A stretch of DNA of 64,000 nucleotides from Candidatus Latescibacterota bacterium (GCA_965223905.1 CBDCXV010000002.1:224001-288000); one strand, 5' to 3'; counted from the stretch's first letter, positions 19,197 through 30,063 are shown. The notes: generated by a model not told the origin, from the sequence alone. Made by a program: numbers and translations.

Positions 19197-19518
19197 TGTC
19201 GAGCTGTCCGGCGATCGGCGGGTGCGGCTTGCGCACCCGCACCGTCACCAGCGGGGGGGTGAAACGCTTGCCGATGCGGCGGACGATCTCCGCGGCCAGG
19301 GCCTCGATAAGTTTGAAGCGCTCCTCTTCCACGGTTTCCTCGACCAGCCTGAAAACCTCGACGTAATCCAGGGTGCTCTCCGGCGAATCCGGATCCGCAG
19401 GCAGCGGCAGTTTCAGCTCGACGTCGACCTGGAACTCCTGGCCGAGCACCTGCTCCTCGGGATGGACCCCGTGATGGCCGAAGAACCGCAGGTCGTGCAG
19501 ACGCAGGAAGTAGGTCAT
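19162..19518 (-). CDS. folB: Dihydroneopterin aldolase
   Basis: FFGHHGVHPEEQ..GQEFQVDV, TLDY, LIEALA, VRKP. Confidence 0.95.
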   Translation of the reverse strand: MTYFLRLHDLRFFGHHGVHPEEQVLGQEFQVDVELKLPLPADPDSPESTLDYVEVFRLVEETVEEERFKLIEALAAEIVRRIGKRFTPPLVTVRVRKPHPPIAGQLDSVEVEISKSFA

Positions 19519-19846
19519 GAATCGCGACGTGCCGGTTTCGGTTTCGAGTGCGTTTTGAATCGTGGAGGAGTCGTTCACCAAGCCGTTGCCGCCCAGAGAC
19601 TCAACGACATTCTGAAGCGGCACGAAGGACCATGCTTCATTCCGATATCCATGGTTCAGGCCGTGAAAGGATAAGGAAGGCAGCCATCGTCGACAGGGTG
19701 ATGGGTACGGGTACAGCCAGGAAGTGGCAAATCCTTGGGGAACCGCTTGCCCATGAAGTCCGTATCCGAGGAAGGCGCAGCGACGATGCGCAGGCGGAAT
19801 GGTGCCCCCCTGAGGGGAAGCGGTGGAAGCCTGCGGCGGTCAACCG

Positions 19847-21229
19847 CTACAGCGAGTTGAGAAAGGCGATCAGAGCCCGGCGTTCCTCCGCGCTCATCTC
19901 CCTCACCGCCTCCCTCGCCTGTTCAGCTTCGCCTCCGTGGAACATGACCGCTTCCATCAGGGTGGCGGCGCGGCCGTCGTGTAGGTAGGCGGGGACGCCG
20001 TTCACCGTTGCCGTCAGGCCGATGCCCCAAAGAGGCGGGGTTCGCCACTCGCGGCCGTCCGCCTCGTAGTCGGGGCGGTGATCGGCCAGCTCTTCCCCCA
20101 TGTCGTGCAGCAGCAGGTCGGTGTAGGGATGGATGACCTGGTTCGACAGAGCGGCTACCTCGTGCGGCCCGGTGTGCAGCGTGGGGACGTGGCAGGCGGC
20201 GCAGCCTGCGTCCGCGAACAGCTTTTCCCCCTTCAGCGCGACGGGGTCGTCGAGGTCGCGCCGCGCCGGAACGGCAAGGGTGACGACGTAGAAGACCGCG
20301 TCGTCGAGAATCTCCTGCGAGAGCTCGGGATCGTCGGCGAGGCCGTCGGCCTGCGGCTGGCCGGCCGTGGACTCGCGGGGGAAATAGGGGGTGGTGACGC
20401 CGATGTCCTCCCTGTAGGCCGCGGCCACCTGCTGCAGCAGGGTGGGGTTGTTCGCCTTCCAGCCGAAGCGGCCGAGCACCGTGCGCCCGGCCCGGACATC
20501 AAAAACGTGGTTGGGCCTTCCGGAGATGCCGTCCCCGTCGGCGTCCCCCGGGTCGGCGAGGGCGAGAATCTCCGACTCGTCCACCGCCTCGAGTAGACCG
20601 CGGCCGAACGCGGGGGGTGCCATGCGAACCGAGGTGAGAACCCCCGCCGGCAGGTCGATGTAGGTGTCGGTCAGTTCGTAGGTCGGATGCCGGAGGGTGT
20701 AGGTCCCGCCATCGGCGAAGCGGCCTTCCTCCTCGAACCAGCTCGTCTCCACCCGCCCCTCGGGGGCCACCCCGAAAATCGCCCGGTCCCCGATCTGAAG
20801 GCCGAACCCGGGAACCGGCGCCGGTGCCCCGGGATGCTCGCCGGCGCCCGGCAGGCTGACCTGCATCAGGGAAGACCCGAGGAAGGGCGCCGCTTCGCCG
20901 AACCCGGAGCGGCCGCGGCCGTCGCGCCCGTGGCAGCCGACGCAGGAGGTCTGGTTGAAGACCGGACCGAGCCCGCCGTTGACCTCGGCAGGGGCGCTGA
21001 CGAACACCGCTTCGAAGTCGGCGTCGCCGGCGAGGAAGCGGGCCATCTGACCCGCCTCCAGGCCGGGTACCGGATTCTCGAAGGCGGTGCTGGCGGCGTC
21101 GAAAACCGTCGCGTCGCCGCCTGAAAGCGCCTTGTCGTCCAGGGGGCCCGGGGGCGCGGTTGGGCCGCCGTCGCCGCAGCCGCAGAGAAGGAGCGCGGCG
21201 ATGGCGCCGGCGTACTGACCGCGGTTCAT
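19847..21229 (-). CDS. Di-heme oxidoredictase (DHOR) family lipoprotein
   Basis: GLGPVFN..SCVGCH, GRFGWKA, CAACH, DLLLHDMG, WRTPPLWG, YLHDGRA. Confidence 0.9.
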   Translation of the reverse strand: MNRGQYAGAIAALLLCGCGDGGPTAPPGPLDDKALSGGDATVFDAASTAFENPVPGLEAGQMARFLAGDADFEAVFVSAPAEVNGGLGPVFNQTSCVGCHGRDGRGRSGFGEAAPFLGSSLMQVSLPGAGEHPGAPAPVPGFGLQIGDRAIFGVAPEGRVETSWFEEEGRFADGGTYTLRHPTYELTDTYIDLPAGVLTSVRMAPPAFGRGLLEAVDESEILALADPGDADGDGISGRPNHVFDVRAGRTVLGRFGWKANNPTLLQQVAAAYREDIGVTTPYFPRESTAGQPQADGLADDPELSQEILDDAVFYVVTLAVPARRDLDDPVALKGEKLFADAGCAACHVPTLHTGPHEVAALSNQVIHPYTDLLLHDMGEELADHRPDYEADGREWRTPPLWGIGLTATVNGVPAYLHDGRAATLMEAVMFHGGEAEQAREAVREMSAEERRALIAFLNSL

Positions 21230-21260
21230 GTCACCTGAGCCCGGTACCTACTCCCACCTC

Positions 21261-22334
21261 TTACTGTCGGAGCACCAGCGGTAGGACGTCCCCCTCGAGA
21301 GTCTGCTGCACCCTGGCGATCGCCTGCTGCGCCTTCTCGATCTGGTCGGCGTCGCTGGCGATGGCGTCGCGGAAGGGGTTGCTGATCATGCCGATCTCGT
21401 CGATGGCGGCCTGGATCTCCCTCTTCAGCCGGCTGTCGAGGTCCGGGTTCAGGGAAGCGATGAACTCGTCGAGGCCGCGCCCCTCGCTGCCCCCGTAGTC
21501 ACCGGTGTAGGCGTTCCAGACGCTGCGCAGGTTGTTCTGGAAATCCTCGAGGGAGTTGAAGCTGAACTGGGATTCCACGAGCCGCGGGTCCTGTTCGCTG
21601 AAGGGGTCGGCGATCTTGCCGTTGGCCACTTCGTCGCAGATCCCGACCATGCCGTTGACGATCTCCTGGACCGCGGACTGCTGAGAGGGGTAGATGTCGC
21701 TGCCGCTGCCCGCCTCGACGACCTTGGAGACGAAGTTCCCGCCCGAGGGGACCCAGCTGTCGTGCAGGTCCGAGGCCGTCTGTTCGAGGACGCGCGTGCT
21801 GGCGACGAGGTAGTCGAACTGGCGATCGGAAAAGTCCGCCGGGGACTTGCCGCCCCCCTCGCCGAACAGCAGGTACTCGATGGTGTGGAACCCCTTCAGG
21901 GTCCCGTCCAGGCCGTTGACGTACTCGGCCAGGAGATCGTTGTCGCTGGCCATCACTCCGTCGAGGTCGGTGCGGTTGACGGGCCAGCTGTCCAGGGCGG
22001 GATCGTAGCCGTTGAAGTCGACCGGACCGAAAAGGAACCCTTCGCTCGCCTCCCAGGGGACGCGGGCGGCGACCCATGCGTCGCGCGCCGCTTTCAAGGT
22101 GGGGTCGGTCGGATTATCCCGCAGGGCGGCCACGGCGTCGGCCAGAGCCCCCGCCGCGGCATCCAGATCCCGGTAGGTGGGGATGACGACGTTGTTGCCG
22201 AAGTCCTCCAGGATCGGTCCGAAGTCGAAGGACTCGCTGCCGGGGCCGGTGACGCTGTCGTCGTCGTCTCCGCAGGCCGCCAGGCCGAGCATGGAGGCCA
22301 GAAGGGCGGGAAGGAGTTTCGTACGGTGTGGCAT
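21261..22334 (-). CDS. Imelysin-like (M75) iron-regulated lipoprotein
   Basis: Lipobox LAAC; WE..E.FLFGP; DSWP; GFHTIEYLLF; ESQFS.NS..DF. Confidence 0.9.
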   Translation of the reverse strand: MPHRTKLLPALLASMLGLAACGDDDDSVTGPGSESFDFGPILEDFGNNVVIPTYRDLDAAAGALADAVAALRDNPTDPTLKAARDAWVAARVPWEASEGFLFGPVDFNGYDPALDSWPVNRTDLDGVMASDNDLLAEYVNGLDGTLKGFHTIEYLLFGEGGGKSPADFSDRQFDYLVASTRVLEQTASDLHDSWVPSGGNFVSKVVEAGSGSDIYPSQQSAVQEIVNGMVGICDEVANGKIADPFSEQDPRLVESQFSFNSLEDFQNNLRSVWNAYTGDYGGSEGRGLDEFIASLNPDLDSRLKREIQAAIDEIGMISNPFRDAIASDADQIEKAQQAIARVQQTLEGDVLPLVLRQ

Positions 22335-22365
22335 GGGATACTCTCCGGTTGAGGGGAAGCCAAAT

Positions 22366-23595
22366 TCAGAACTGGAATCCAAGGGCCAGTCCGAGGGTGT
22401 TTTCGTCGTTGAAGCGCGCCGCTCCGAGCCGGCGCATGGCGTAGTCGGCCTTTACCACGAGCTTGCCGGCAACGGCGTAGTTGAGGCCCAGCGTGTATAC
22501 CCGACGGTCGAATCGGGGATTGTCGAAAAACCCGTCCGGCACCTCTGCCATGGTGTCGTAGTCGTCGTAGCGGGCGAACAGGTCGAGCCGCTCCCACGGC
22601 CGGGTGGCCAGCCACGGAAGGATGTCGTAGCCCGCCTCGAGGTAGAGGGCGTTCGCGGCGCTTGCCACGGGGCTGCGCAGCACGTCGAGGTTGTTGGAAA
22701 GGGTGCGGTTGCGGGCGCTGACCGCGGCGGCGTTCCCGAGCCTGCCGTAGAGGAAGAGGCCGCGGGCGCGCAGACGACTGCCGGTGAAGTGGGCGTGGAT
22801 GTCGGAGATGGTGACGTGAGCGGAGGTCCCCTTCATGTCCGGCTTGGGGCGGTTGCCGGCGCTGTCGCCGCGATACAGGGAGAGCCCGATCAGGGCTCCC
22901 GGGGCCGGTTCGAAATCGACTCGACCGGCGAGGGCGAGGTCGTCGGCCCTGACCTGCTCGAAACGCAGCTGATGCCCCCCGGCGACCCACCTCTGGGAGC
23001 TGAAACCGGTGGCGTCGAGTCCGTTGATCACCTGCAGGCGCCAGCGCCAGAGCCGAACCCGGCCCGAAGCCTCGATCCCGGTTTCGTGCCACAAGGCGGG
23101 GATCATCGAGGTTTCCGCCTCCGAGCGCACGGTGCCGTAGAAGTCGAGGGGATGGTAGAGGCTGGAGAGCAGGCCGACGGCGACGTAGAAGTGGCCGGCA
23201 CTGACGTTCAGGGTCTCGCCGAAGGAGCGCTTGATGAACAGCTCCTCAACGATCACCTCGCCTCCTTTCTCGACCTCCTGCTCGAACTCGCCGAACTCCT
23301 CGTACTCCAGCTCCAGGGCGCCCCCGGTTCCCCCGTGCTCGAACTCCACTTCCGCTTCCAGCTCCAGGTGGGGCAACAGCTCCGCCTCGAGCTCCAGTGC
23401 CAGCCTGGTGACGTCGATCAGGGCGCGGCTGTCGGGAGCCGAACCCTCGGGCAGGCTCTTCTGATCGGGTCCGTAGTCGAAGCGCCAGTAGTTGATCTCT
23501 CCGTAGCCGCTCAACCGCATCGGCGTCTCCCCCGCGGCCGCAAGCACCGGCAACAGGAAAAAAAGACAGGCGGTGGCGGCGCCCCGGGCTCCCAT
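22366..23595 (-). CDS. Outer-membrane porin of the iron-uptake locus
   Basis: Signal peptide; GYGEINY, EVEFEHGG, IPALWHETG; terminal GFQF; directly upstream of imelysin. Confidence 0.75.
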   Translation of the reverse strand: MGARGAATACLFFLLPVLAAAGETPMRLSGYGEINYWRFDYGPDQKSLPEGSAPDSRALIDVTRLALELEAELLPHLELEAEVEFEHGGTGGALELEYEEFGEFEQEVEKGGEVIVEELFIKRSFGETLNVSAGHFYVAVGLLSSLYHPLDFYGTVRSEAETSMIPALWHETGIEASGRVRLWRWRLQVINGLDATGFSSQRWVAGGHQLRFEQVRADDLALAGRVDFEPAPGALIGLSLYRGDSAGNRPKPDMKGTSAHVTISDIHAHFTGSRLRARGLFLYGRLGNAAAVSARNRTLSNNLDVLRSPVASAANALYLEAGYDILPWLATRPWERLDLFARYDDYDTMAEVPDGFFDNPRFDRRVYTLGLNYAVAGKLVVKADYAMRRLGAARFNDENTLGLALGFQF

Positions 23596-23770
23596 TGACC
23601 TGTGATCTCGTCTCATCGATCGCCTGACATCCGGCCGCGGATCCTTCCCAGTCTCTCCAGTGCCCGTACATCCCGCCCAGCGGCGTTGCCTTTGCGCAGT
23701 ACGTCCTTCGGATTGCCTTCTTCCGGCAGCCCAGGCCCGCGGCGGTCCCGTTCGGTCGATCGAACGGCGG

Positions 23771-24130
23771 TCAATTGAGCCGTACGTGCGGGATGGGATG
23801 GTGCACATGCCGGTCCTCATCCTGGTCGGACTCCTCCAACTGGGCCAGGCACTCGATGCGCGCCGCGGCGTCGCTCAGGGTAAGGGCGATCTCCCGCAAA
23901 TGATCCGCCCTGATGGCTACGGTGGTGCTGCGATAGTGGAGAGACACGCAGGCCGGGAACTGTTCGCCGCCATCGCTTCGCGCCGCGACCTCCTGCACGC
24001 TCCGGTTCAAGGCGAGGAACTCCGGGCGTGTCATGCCGATGTTGACGTTCTGGTACACCAGGTGGATACCGCCCGCTTCACAGCGGTAGATCGCTATCCA
24101 GCGACGGGCGTTTTCGCAGATGACATTCAT
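23771..24130 (-). CDS. Small Cys/His protein, DUF6686-like
   Basis: RCEAGGIHLVYQNV...EF pattern; first gene of the iron operon. Confidence 0.5.
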   Translation of the reverse strand: MNVICENARRWIAIYRCEAGGIHLVYQNVNIGMTRPEFLALNRSVQEVAARSDGGEQFPACVSLHYRSTTVAIRADHLREIALTLSDAAARIECLAQLEESDQDEDRHVHHPIPHVRLN

Positions 24131-24483
24131 CCCAGCGGACCTTTTGTCCGGGCGGTCGGTGCGCAAGCGTTCCATACAGGGCGCTCCCGGCGGTCGGCAT
24201 TCGCAAGAAGCCTGGGGTGAGGTGGAGGATTCCGGGATGAAACGGGAAAGCGGGGGAACCGGAGGGCGTTTCCCACAGGGGCGGGAGGCATTATGTTGCT
24301 CACGAGAGCATGAAGGGGCTGTCTGAAAAATTGCAGGCGCACGGCTCCTGGTCGTTCTCCGGGGCTATCGGTGGTTCGCTGGCAGGCTGCAACCGATAGC
24401 CCTTTTTCGTTCTGGCGATCAGCCGGTGAATCCGTTCGTCGACGGACTCCTGCAACCGGGAGGGAGTGGCTCGCTCCCAAACC

Positions 24484-24560
24484 GGTTGCCTTCCCAATCA
24501 CTTGATTCGTATGCCAAATATACGATTGGGAAGGCAATCGTAAGAATTGGTATGCAATCA
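24484..24560. promoter_or_regulatory. Inverted-repeat operator candidate upstream of the iron operon
   Basis: GGTTGCCTTCCCAATC (24484-99) and GATTGGGAAGGCAATC (24524-39) are 15/16 inverted; third related box AATTGGTATGCAATC; AT-rich context. Confidence 0.45.
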
Positions 24561-24736
24561 AAAGTTTGGCAAGTCAAACAAACGGATGTCAAATGAAACC
24601 CCGCCCGGCGGGATTGTCAAGTCAATTTTGCGGCCTGTCGCCGCTCGATGCTGCTTTCTGGTTTGGTTTACAACCGGGCGAGCGCCCGGTGTGCGATGTC
24701 GCGGCGGTAGTACTTTCCCAAACTGGCGGCTCGGCG

Positions 24737-26245
24737 TCAGTCGATCCAGAAACCGTAGAGCGAGGCATTGCGAAGGTGGAATCTAAAGGCGAGAAGGCGA
24801 TCGCTGAGCCCGGCAATGTCGGTGCCGTGAGTCCATCGCACGGCGTGGTCGGTCGAGTCAGCTGTCAAGGGCAGACTCGAAGAGAGGTCGAACCCCGCGA
24901 GCGGCTCTCCGTACTGGATGCCCCAATCCTGCAGCTGGGCGTCGGGATCTTCCGTGACGGTGATGATTTCAACCTGAAGCGAACCGCGTGACGCATCGAC
25001 ATTGACGCGCAGTTCGCGTCCGGCTGGAAAGATTACCGGTCTCGTCCGCAGCACGCCCACCTCGTCGCCCGCACCATACGACACAAAGCCATCCCGTCGC
25101 AAGGTCGCCAGTCCGATAGCCGCCCGCACCTCGTCGTTTCCGGTCGCGAAAAAGCCTTCCTGAAAGTTGTGGTGCTTCTGGCGGCCGCCGTAATAGAACC
25201 ACAGCTCATCACCCTTTTCAAAAGGACCGTTGGAAGGGGTATCGATCATGAACGCGTCCCATGTTCCGGGTCCACCGATCGGTATGAACGTCTCCCGGTT
25301 GCCCGCCCGAAACCAGTGCTCACCGTCTCGACTGGAGACGAGCTGGGTGTCGCGACACATCGGCATGGTCGGGTTGTGACGGGAGCTGTAGTAAGGCTCG
25401 ACGAGGCCCAGGTACATGCCCTCGTAGGCCCACCCATTCTGGCGGTAGAGCTGCATGTCCGCCGGATCGAATTCGTCCGCATACAGACAGGTGACGGGGT
25501 TGCTCCACTTCACGAAGTCTTCACTGAAGGAAACGCCACGGGCGCGGTGGTGGATATCCTGGTCGCCTATGCTGTCGCCGCGGGGGATGTGACGCTTTGT
25601 AAAGGCGATGAAGCGGTTGCCGAGGGGATCGTACATGCACGTGTTGCAATCGCTCATGCGCGGGTCGTTGTCGCGTTTCGAGAGCACCGGCGTATCGGCG
25701 CAGCACCAGTGGATGCCGTCGGCTGAGGTGGCGGTGTAATAGCCGTATTCGCACCGCCCGCCGAGCTCCTCCTGCACCTGGATGGGAGCCGTGCAGAACG
25801 TGAAGAGCTTGAAGCGCTCATGCGCAACCAAGGCATGCTCGTCGAGGATGACGGAAACGCCCTGGATGATCACCTCGTGCGCGGCGTACTGCTGCGGCCA
25901 AGCCCCCCGAAAAACCGCATTGTCGGGGTGACGGCGGTCGCCGAAGACACCGAGGTCCGGTTTCTCCCAGGTCAGGCCGTCCTTGCTGGCGGCGTAGTGA
26001 TAACCCTGGTCCCCCATGTACCAGATTTTGTAGAGGTCATCCTCGGGATCGTGGAGGACGGTTCCATGGAGGACGACGTAGTCCCCTTCGTCACCTTCTC
26101 CAACGAGAAGTGGATTGCCTTCGTGTTTCGTCGGTTGATGCAGCTGTTTCGATAGATTCAGCGCTTCCCCCACGTAGTAGTCGTCGACGAAGAGGGCGCG
26201 ATAGGTGCCGAGGGTTCGTTTGAAATGTTCGTGCAGAGAGATCAT
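24737..26245 (-). CDS. Five-bladed beta-propeller glycoside-hydrolase-like protein (GH32/43/130-like)
   Basis: LFVDDY, SKDGLTWEKP, SADGIHW, SRDGEHW, LATLRRDGF. Confidence 0.7.
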   Translation of the reverse strand: MISLHEHFKRTLGTYRALFVDDYYVGEALNLSKQLHQPTKHEGNPLLVGEGDEGDYVVLHGTVLHDPEDDLYKIWYMGDQGYHYAASKDGLTWEKPDLGVFGDRRHPDNAVFRGAWPQQYAAHEVIIQGVSVILDEHALVAHERFKLFTFCTAPIQVQEELGGRCEYGYYTATSADGIHWCCADTPVLSKRDNDPRMSDCNTCMYDPLGNRFIAFTKRHIPRGDSIGDQDIHHRARGVSFSEDFVKWSNPVTCLYADEFDPADMQLYRQNGWAYEGMYLGLVEPYYSSRHNPTMPMCRDTQLVSSRDGEHWFRAGNRETFIPIGGPGTWDAFMIDTPSNGPFEKGDELWFYYGGRQKHHNFQEGFFATGNDEVRAAIGLATLRRDGFVSYGAGDEVGVLRTRPVIFPAGRELRVNVDASRGSLQVEIITVTEDPDAQLQDWGIQYGEPLAGFDLSSSLPLTADSTDHAVRWTHGTDIAGLSDRLLAFRFHLRNASLYGFWID

Positions 26246-26278
26246 GGATTCCTGAAGAGAGAGACCGCCGCTCGATCT

Positions 26279-27963
26279 CTATTCGGGCAGTACCCAGAAG
26301 GTGCCGCCGACGTAGTAGCGGCTGAACATCTGATAGTAGTACGTCGTGAAGATGGTAGTGCCAGCCATTTCCACTGACGAGGCATAGCCGTTGTCCCAGT
26401 TCGGAAAGTCCTGGCGCAGGACCAGCGGCGTGCCCCAGGTCTCTCCGTCGTCCTCGCTGAGCACAGCCCGGATACCGCCCGGGTCGGTGCGCCGCCTGAA
26501 GCGAGGCGCAGGAAATTCGGCGGATTGTGAGCGTAGATGTCGGTCCGCCACGGCGGCCGCCAGGTGTGACCGCCATCCTCAGAGATCGACTGCCAGAAAT
26601 GACCGTCGGGAGGATCGGTGCGCATAAGCATGACGAGACGGCCCGATCCCGTGTGCACGAGAGCCGGCTCCGTCGGTCCTTTCTCCAGCAGTGTGGCGGG
26701 ATCGCGCCCGTCCATGACGGTGGCGCGGTGGTCCCAGACGCGCCCACCGTCCGTCGATGCGTATACGGCTGCCACCGCGTCGCGGTCGCCGTAGTTGAAG
26801 TAAACAGGCATCAAGAGCTCACCGCCCGGCAGTTCAACGATCTTTTCGGTCGAACAGGCACAGCCGCCTCCCGATGCGTCACCTGGGTCGAGCACTGCCG
26901 GCTCGGACTCCCAGGTATGGGCGAAGTCGTCGGAGCGCAGGGTCTTGACGTAGAACAGGCGCCCTTCTGGTGGATTGAGCATGCCCGAGCTGTCGTAGCG
27001 GTCGGAGTGAATCCAGTGCAGCAATACGGTCCCACCCCCGAGTTGGGTGATCGTCGGGTCCAGGTTGTCTTCCGCTTCCCGTTCGTAGACGATGGTCGGC
27101 TGGCTCCAGCTGCGCGCATCATCGGTCGAACGCACCAGGGTGATCCGACCGTTGATCTCGGGAGAGAAGCCGACCGTATGCTCGGGACCCTCTCGAAAGC
27201 TGACGACGAGGTCGCCGTTTGCCAGGCGCGCCATGTCCTGGGGCAGGACCGAGTGGTGTCGGCTCGAGTACACCACAGTGTGCTGAGTCCGCCCACGTTC
27301 GGGGTAGTGGTTGGCGTAGGCGATCTCCGACAGGGTGTTTACAGTGTCCTTGAGCCTCGCCAGGTCCGACTGCAGCGTTCGGACTTCGTCATTCAGCGTG
27401 TCGACGGTGAGTGACAGCGTATTCGTGCGCCCGACGACCATGAACCAGGCCCGATGGTCCGCGGCCTGATCCAGGAGCTTCACCTCGACGCGCTGGCGGC
27501 CGTCGCCTACCCGATCGGCCGGCACTGTCAGGCGGTAGAGGCCGCTGTTGCCGTTCGCCTCGAAGAAACGGTGGTATCCCTCGAAGGGCGTCTGGGTCCG
27601 CAGCGGCGTGAACGCGAGCTTCACATCCCCGGCGCGCCATGTGACAGGGCGACGCACGCCGAGCTCGAAGACGATCGCCGGCTCGCCATTCAGGATGAGC
27701 TCGGCCTCGCTGCCGTGGGGAACGCCATAGGGGAGATTGGTGCTCGTCCCCATGAAAGCGAAGGCCGTCCTTACCGAGCGCGTACACCTGGCGGTGAACC
27801 ACGCGAGCGTTTCCTGCGAGCCGACTTTCCAGTACAGCTCCGTGCTGAACGCCTGCACCATCCCGCGAGCATCGATGATGCTGGGAGAACTCTCCGCGGA
27901 TATGATCTCGTCGAAGCCCTCGACGGTCTGGGTTGGCGCCGGTTCCGAAGCTTCACTGCTCAT
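26279..27963 (-). pseudogene. Sialidase/BNR-repeat protein with frameshift near 26490
   Basis: Asp-box repeats SxDxGxxW; the homologous C-terminus (GIRAVLSEDDGETW...DNGYASSVE...TTYYY) lies in a different frame (26279..26551). Confidence 0.7.
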
Positions 27964-28258
27964 GGGTCGGCTCTGTGTCCATCAGTGGCGGCGGGGTGCG
28001 AAAGTTGTGTGAGCAGGATGAAGTGGCTGTCGAGGGGCGGGAAAAGCATGTAACGGCGGTGCTATCGTGGCGGGGGGTGCAGGGCTGTTACATTGTATGG
28101 AGACAGAAAGAATGGCGGGAGGTTTTGAGGAAAAAGTTCTCCGGGGACAGCCTCGGCAAAATGCTGGTCAAGCTCGCAGGACGGACGGAAATGCAGTTTG
28201 GCCAGTCATGATCGTCGCATGACGGACTTTCTGAACCGACCAGGACACCTTTCAGATT

Positions 28259-30055
28259 TCACCCCTGCACGGGTTCAAGCCCCAGCATCACCAGCAACCA
28301 GGTGCGATGCCAGTCCGCCGTATTGATGTACGCATTCTCTTCCGTAGGCCAGCCCTTCCAATACGTCTCATTCGTCGGGATCCGGTGATACCAGTGCACG
28401 ATCGGTATGGCCGGCAGGTCGTGCAACCATATTCTCATCGCCTCCCGGAACAGCGACACCAGGTGCGGATCATCTGGCGAGATCTGGCTCATCTGGTCGA
28501 CGACCTCGTCGAATTCTGGATTCTTCCAGCGCCAGAAGTTCGTCGCTGCAGTACCGGTGGGCTGGACGTAGCGGCCGTGATACAACCGCAGGGTGAAGTA
28601 GGGATCACGCACCGAGCCTCCGTTCCCCATCATGTAAGCCTTGGCGATGCCCTGGGTCATGCGGGAGTACGAGTCGCTTGTCATGCGAAAATCAGCGTCG
28701 AAGCCCGCCCGCTTCAACTGAGTCACGAGCACGGGGGTCAGGTCCTGGAAGCTGGGGAAGACATCGATTACGGTGGACAAGTGTTTCCCGTCTTTCGTCC
28801 ACAGCCCTTCAGAGTCGAGTTCCCATCCCTTGCGGGTCATGATTTTTGCTGATCGTGCCGGATCGTGCAGTCCGACGGGGAATTCATCCAGCAAGTCCTG
28901 TATCTGGCTGGTATACTTGCGCAGTGGCGGGAAATCCGGAAAAGGCAGCAGCGTGTAGCGCCCCGCCCCCTGCCATCCGACATCGACGAGCTGCTCGCGG
29001 TCGATGGCGTAGTTGATAGCCCAGCGGATCTCCGGGTCATTAAACGGCTCTTCTAGATCGTTGAAGCCAAGGGATATGGGCCACCAGTCGAGATAGCCGT
29101 AGGGCGGCTCTTTGCCGGTCCAGGTCGTGACATTGGGGTTCGCCTCCATCACCACCTCGATATTCGGCGGTCTCAGCTCGACGCAGGAGTCGATGTCGTT
29201 GGCGATCAGGTGCTGCACCCGTTTGTTCTCTTCAAACCACGGCAGGTAAATCAGACGCTCGACTTTCGGGAGTGCTTTGAAACCAATCTTGGCTGCCCAC
29301 CAATCCTGGCGCAGGTCCCAGATTCTCTGCTCCGGAACCGAATAAGCGAGCTCGTACGGACCGCTCACCACTGGCCAGCCTTTGGAGGCATCCAGGTTGG
29401 CGAAGGTGGTCGGATCCTTGCCCTCCCAGATATGTTTGGGCACGATCGGAATGCCGTTGTCGAAGTTGTGCGTGAAGTAGTTGAACACGAAGCGTGGATT
29501 CCGCTCTTTCAGGCGAATGCGAAGGTGCAGATCGTCGATGACGATGGTCTCGTCCACCCACATATCGACATCAGTCGAAAAAGTCAGTTCCGGGGCATGC
29601 GCCTTGAGCATCTCGAGCGTGAACGCGATGTCGGCTGCGGTCCAGGGAGTGCCATCGCTCCACTCAACCCCCTCGCGAATGTCGATTTCGACTTCGGTGA
29701 AATCCTCGTTGTAGCGGTAACCCGTACCGATCCATGGTATCAGCGTATCCTTGTAAGCGTTGTAAAAATAGAGGGGCTCATAGAGGAATTGATATCCTGT
29801 GCGGGATACCCCTCCCGGTATGTATGGATTGAAGGAACCATAGTCGACAATCTGCCCGAGGCAGTTTTGCCGATCGACGCAGTCCGTTATGAGCGTGCGG
29901 TTTCGCGGAACGATCTTCAGGCCTCCTTCGGCACCGTCGCCATCCTCCGGACCTGAGCCGCAGGCGCCGGCAAAGAACATCGCCATGACGAGTGTTGAAG
30001 TGCGGGATACAATGACCGCTTTGAACCATAGTGGAATCACGGTTAGGATAGCCAT
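28259..30055 (-). CDS. ABC transporter substrate-binding lipoprotein, family 5
   Basis: YEPL, IREGVEWSDGTPWTAADIAFT, GPY, IRWAINYAIDR; lipobox-like AGAC. Confidence 0.9.
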   Translation of the reverse strand: MAILTVIPLWFKAVIVSRTSTLVMAMFFAGACGSGPEDGDGAEGGLKIVPRNRTLITDCVDRQNCLGQIVDYGSFNPYIPGGVSRTGYQFLYEPLYFYNAYKDTLIPWIGTGYRYNEDFTEVEIDIREGVEWSDGTPWTAADIAFTLEMLKAHAPELTFSTDVDMWVDETIVIDDLHLRIRLKERNPRFVFNYFTHNFDNGIPIVPKHIWEGKDPTTFANLDASKGWPVVSGPYELAYSVPEQRIWDLRQDWWAAKIGFKALPKVERLIYLPWFEENKRVQHLIANDIDSCVELRPPNIEVVMEANPNVTTWTGKEPPYGYLDWWPISLGFNDLEEPFNDPEIRWAINYAIDREQLVDVGWQGAGRYTLLPFPDFPPLRKYTSQIQDLLDEFPVGLHDPARSAKIMTRKGWELDSEGLWTKDGKHLSTVIDVFPSFQDLTPVLVTQLKRAGFDADFRMTSDSYSRMTQGIAKAYMMGNGGSVRDPYFTLRLYHGRYVQPTGTAATNFWRWKNPEFDEVVDQMSQISPDDPHLVSLFREAMRIWLHDLPAIPIVHWYHRIPTNETYWKGWPTEENAYINTADWHRTWLLVMLGLEPVQG

Positions 30056-30063
30056 CCTGTTTT

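Noticed and set aside
19650-19690. SRP RNA-like CAGG...GGAAGGCAGC
   Set aside because: Spacing and GNRA loop do not fit the SRP helix-8 consensus
24323-24345. IS-end-like GGGGCTGTCTGAAAAATT
   Set aside because: No partner inverted repeat or transposase found nearby
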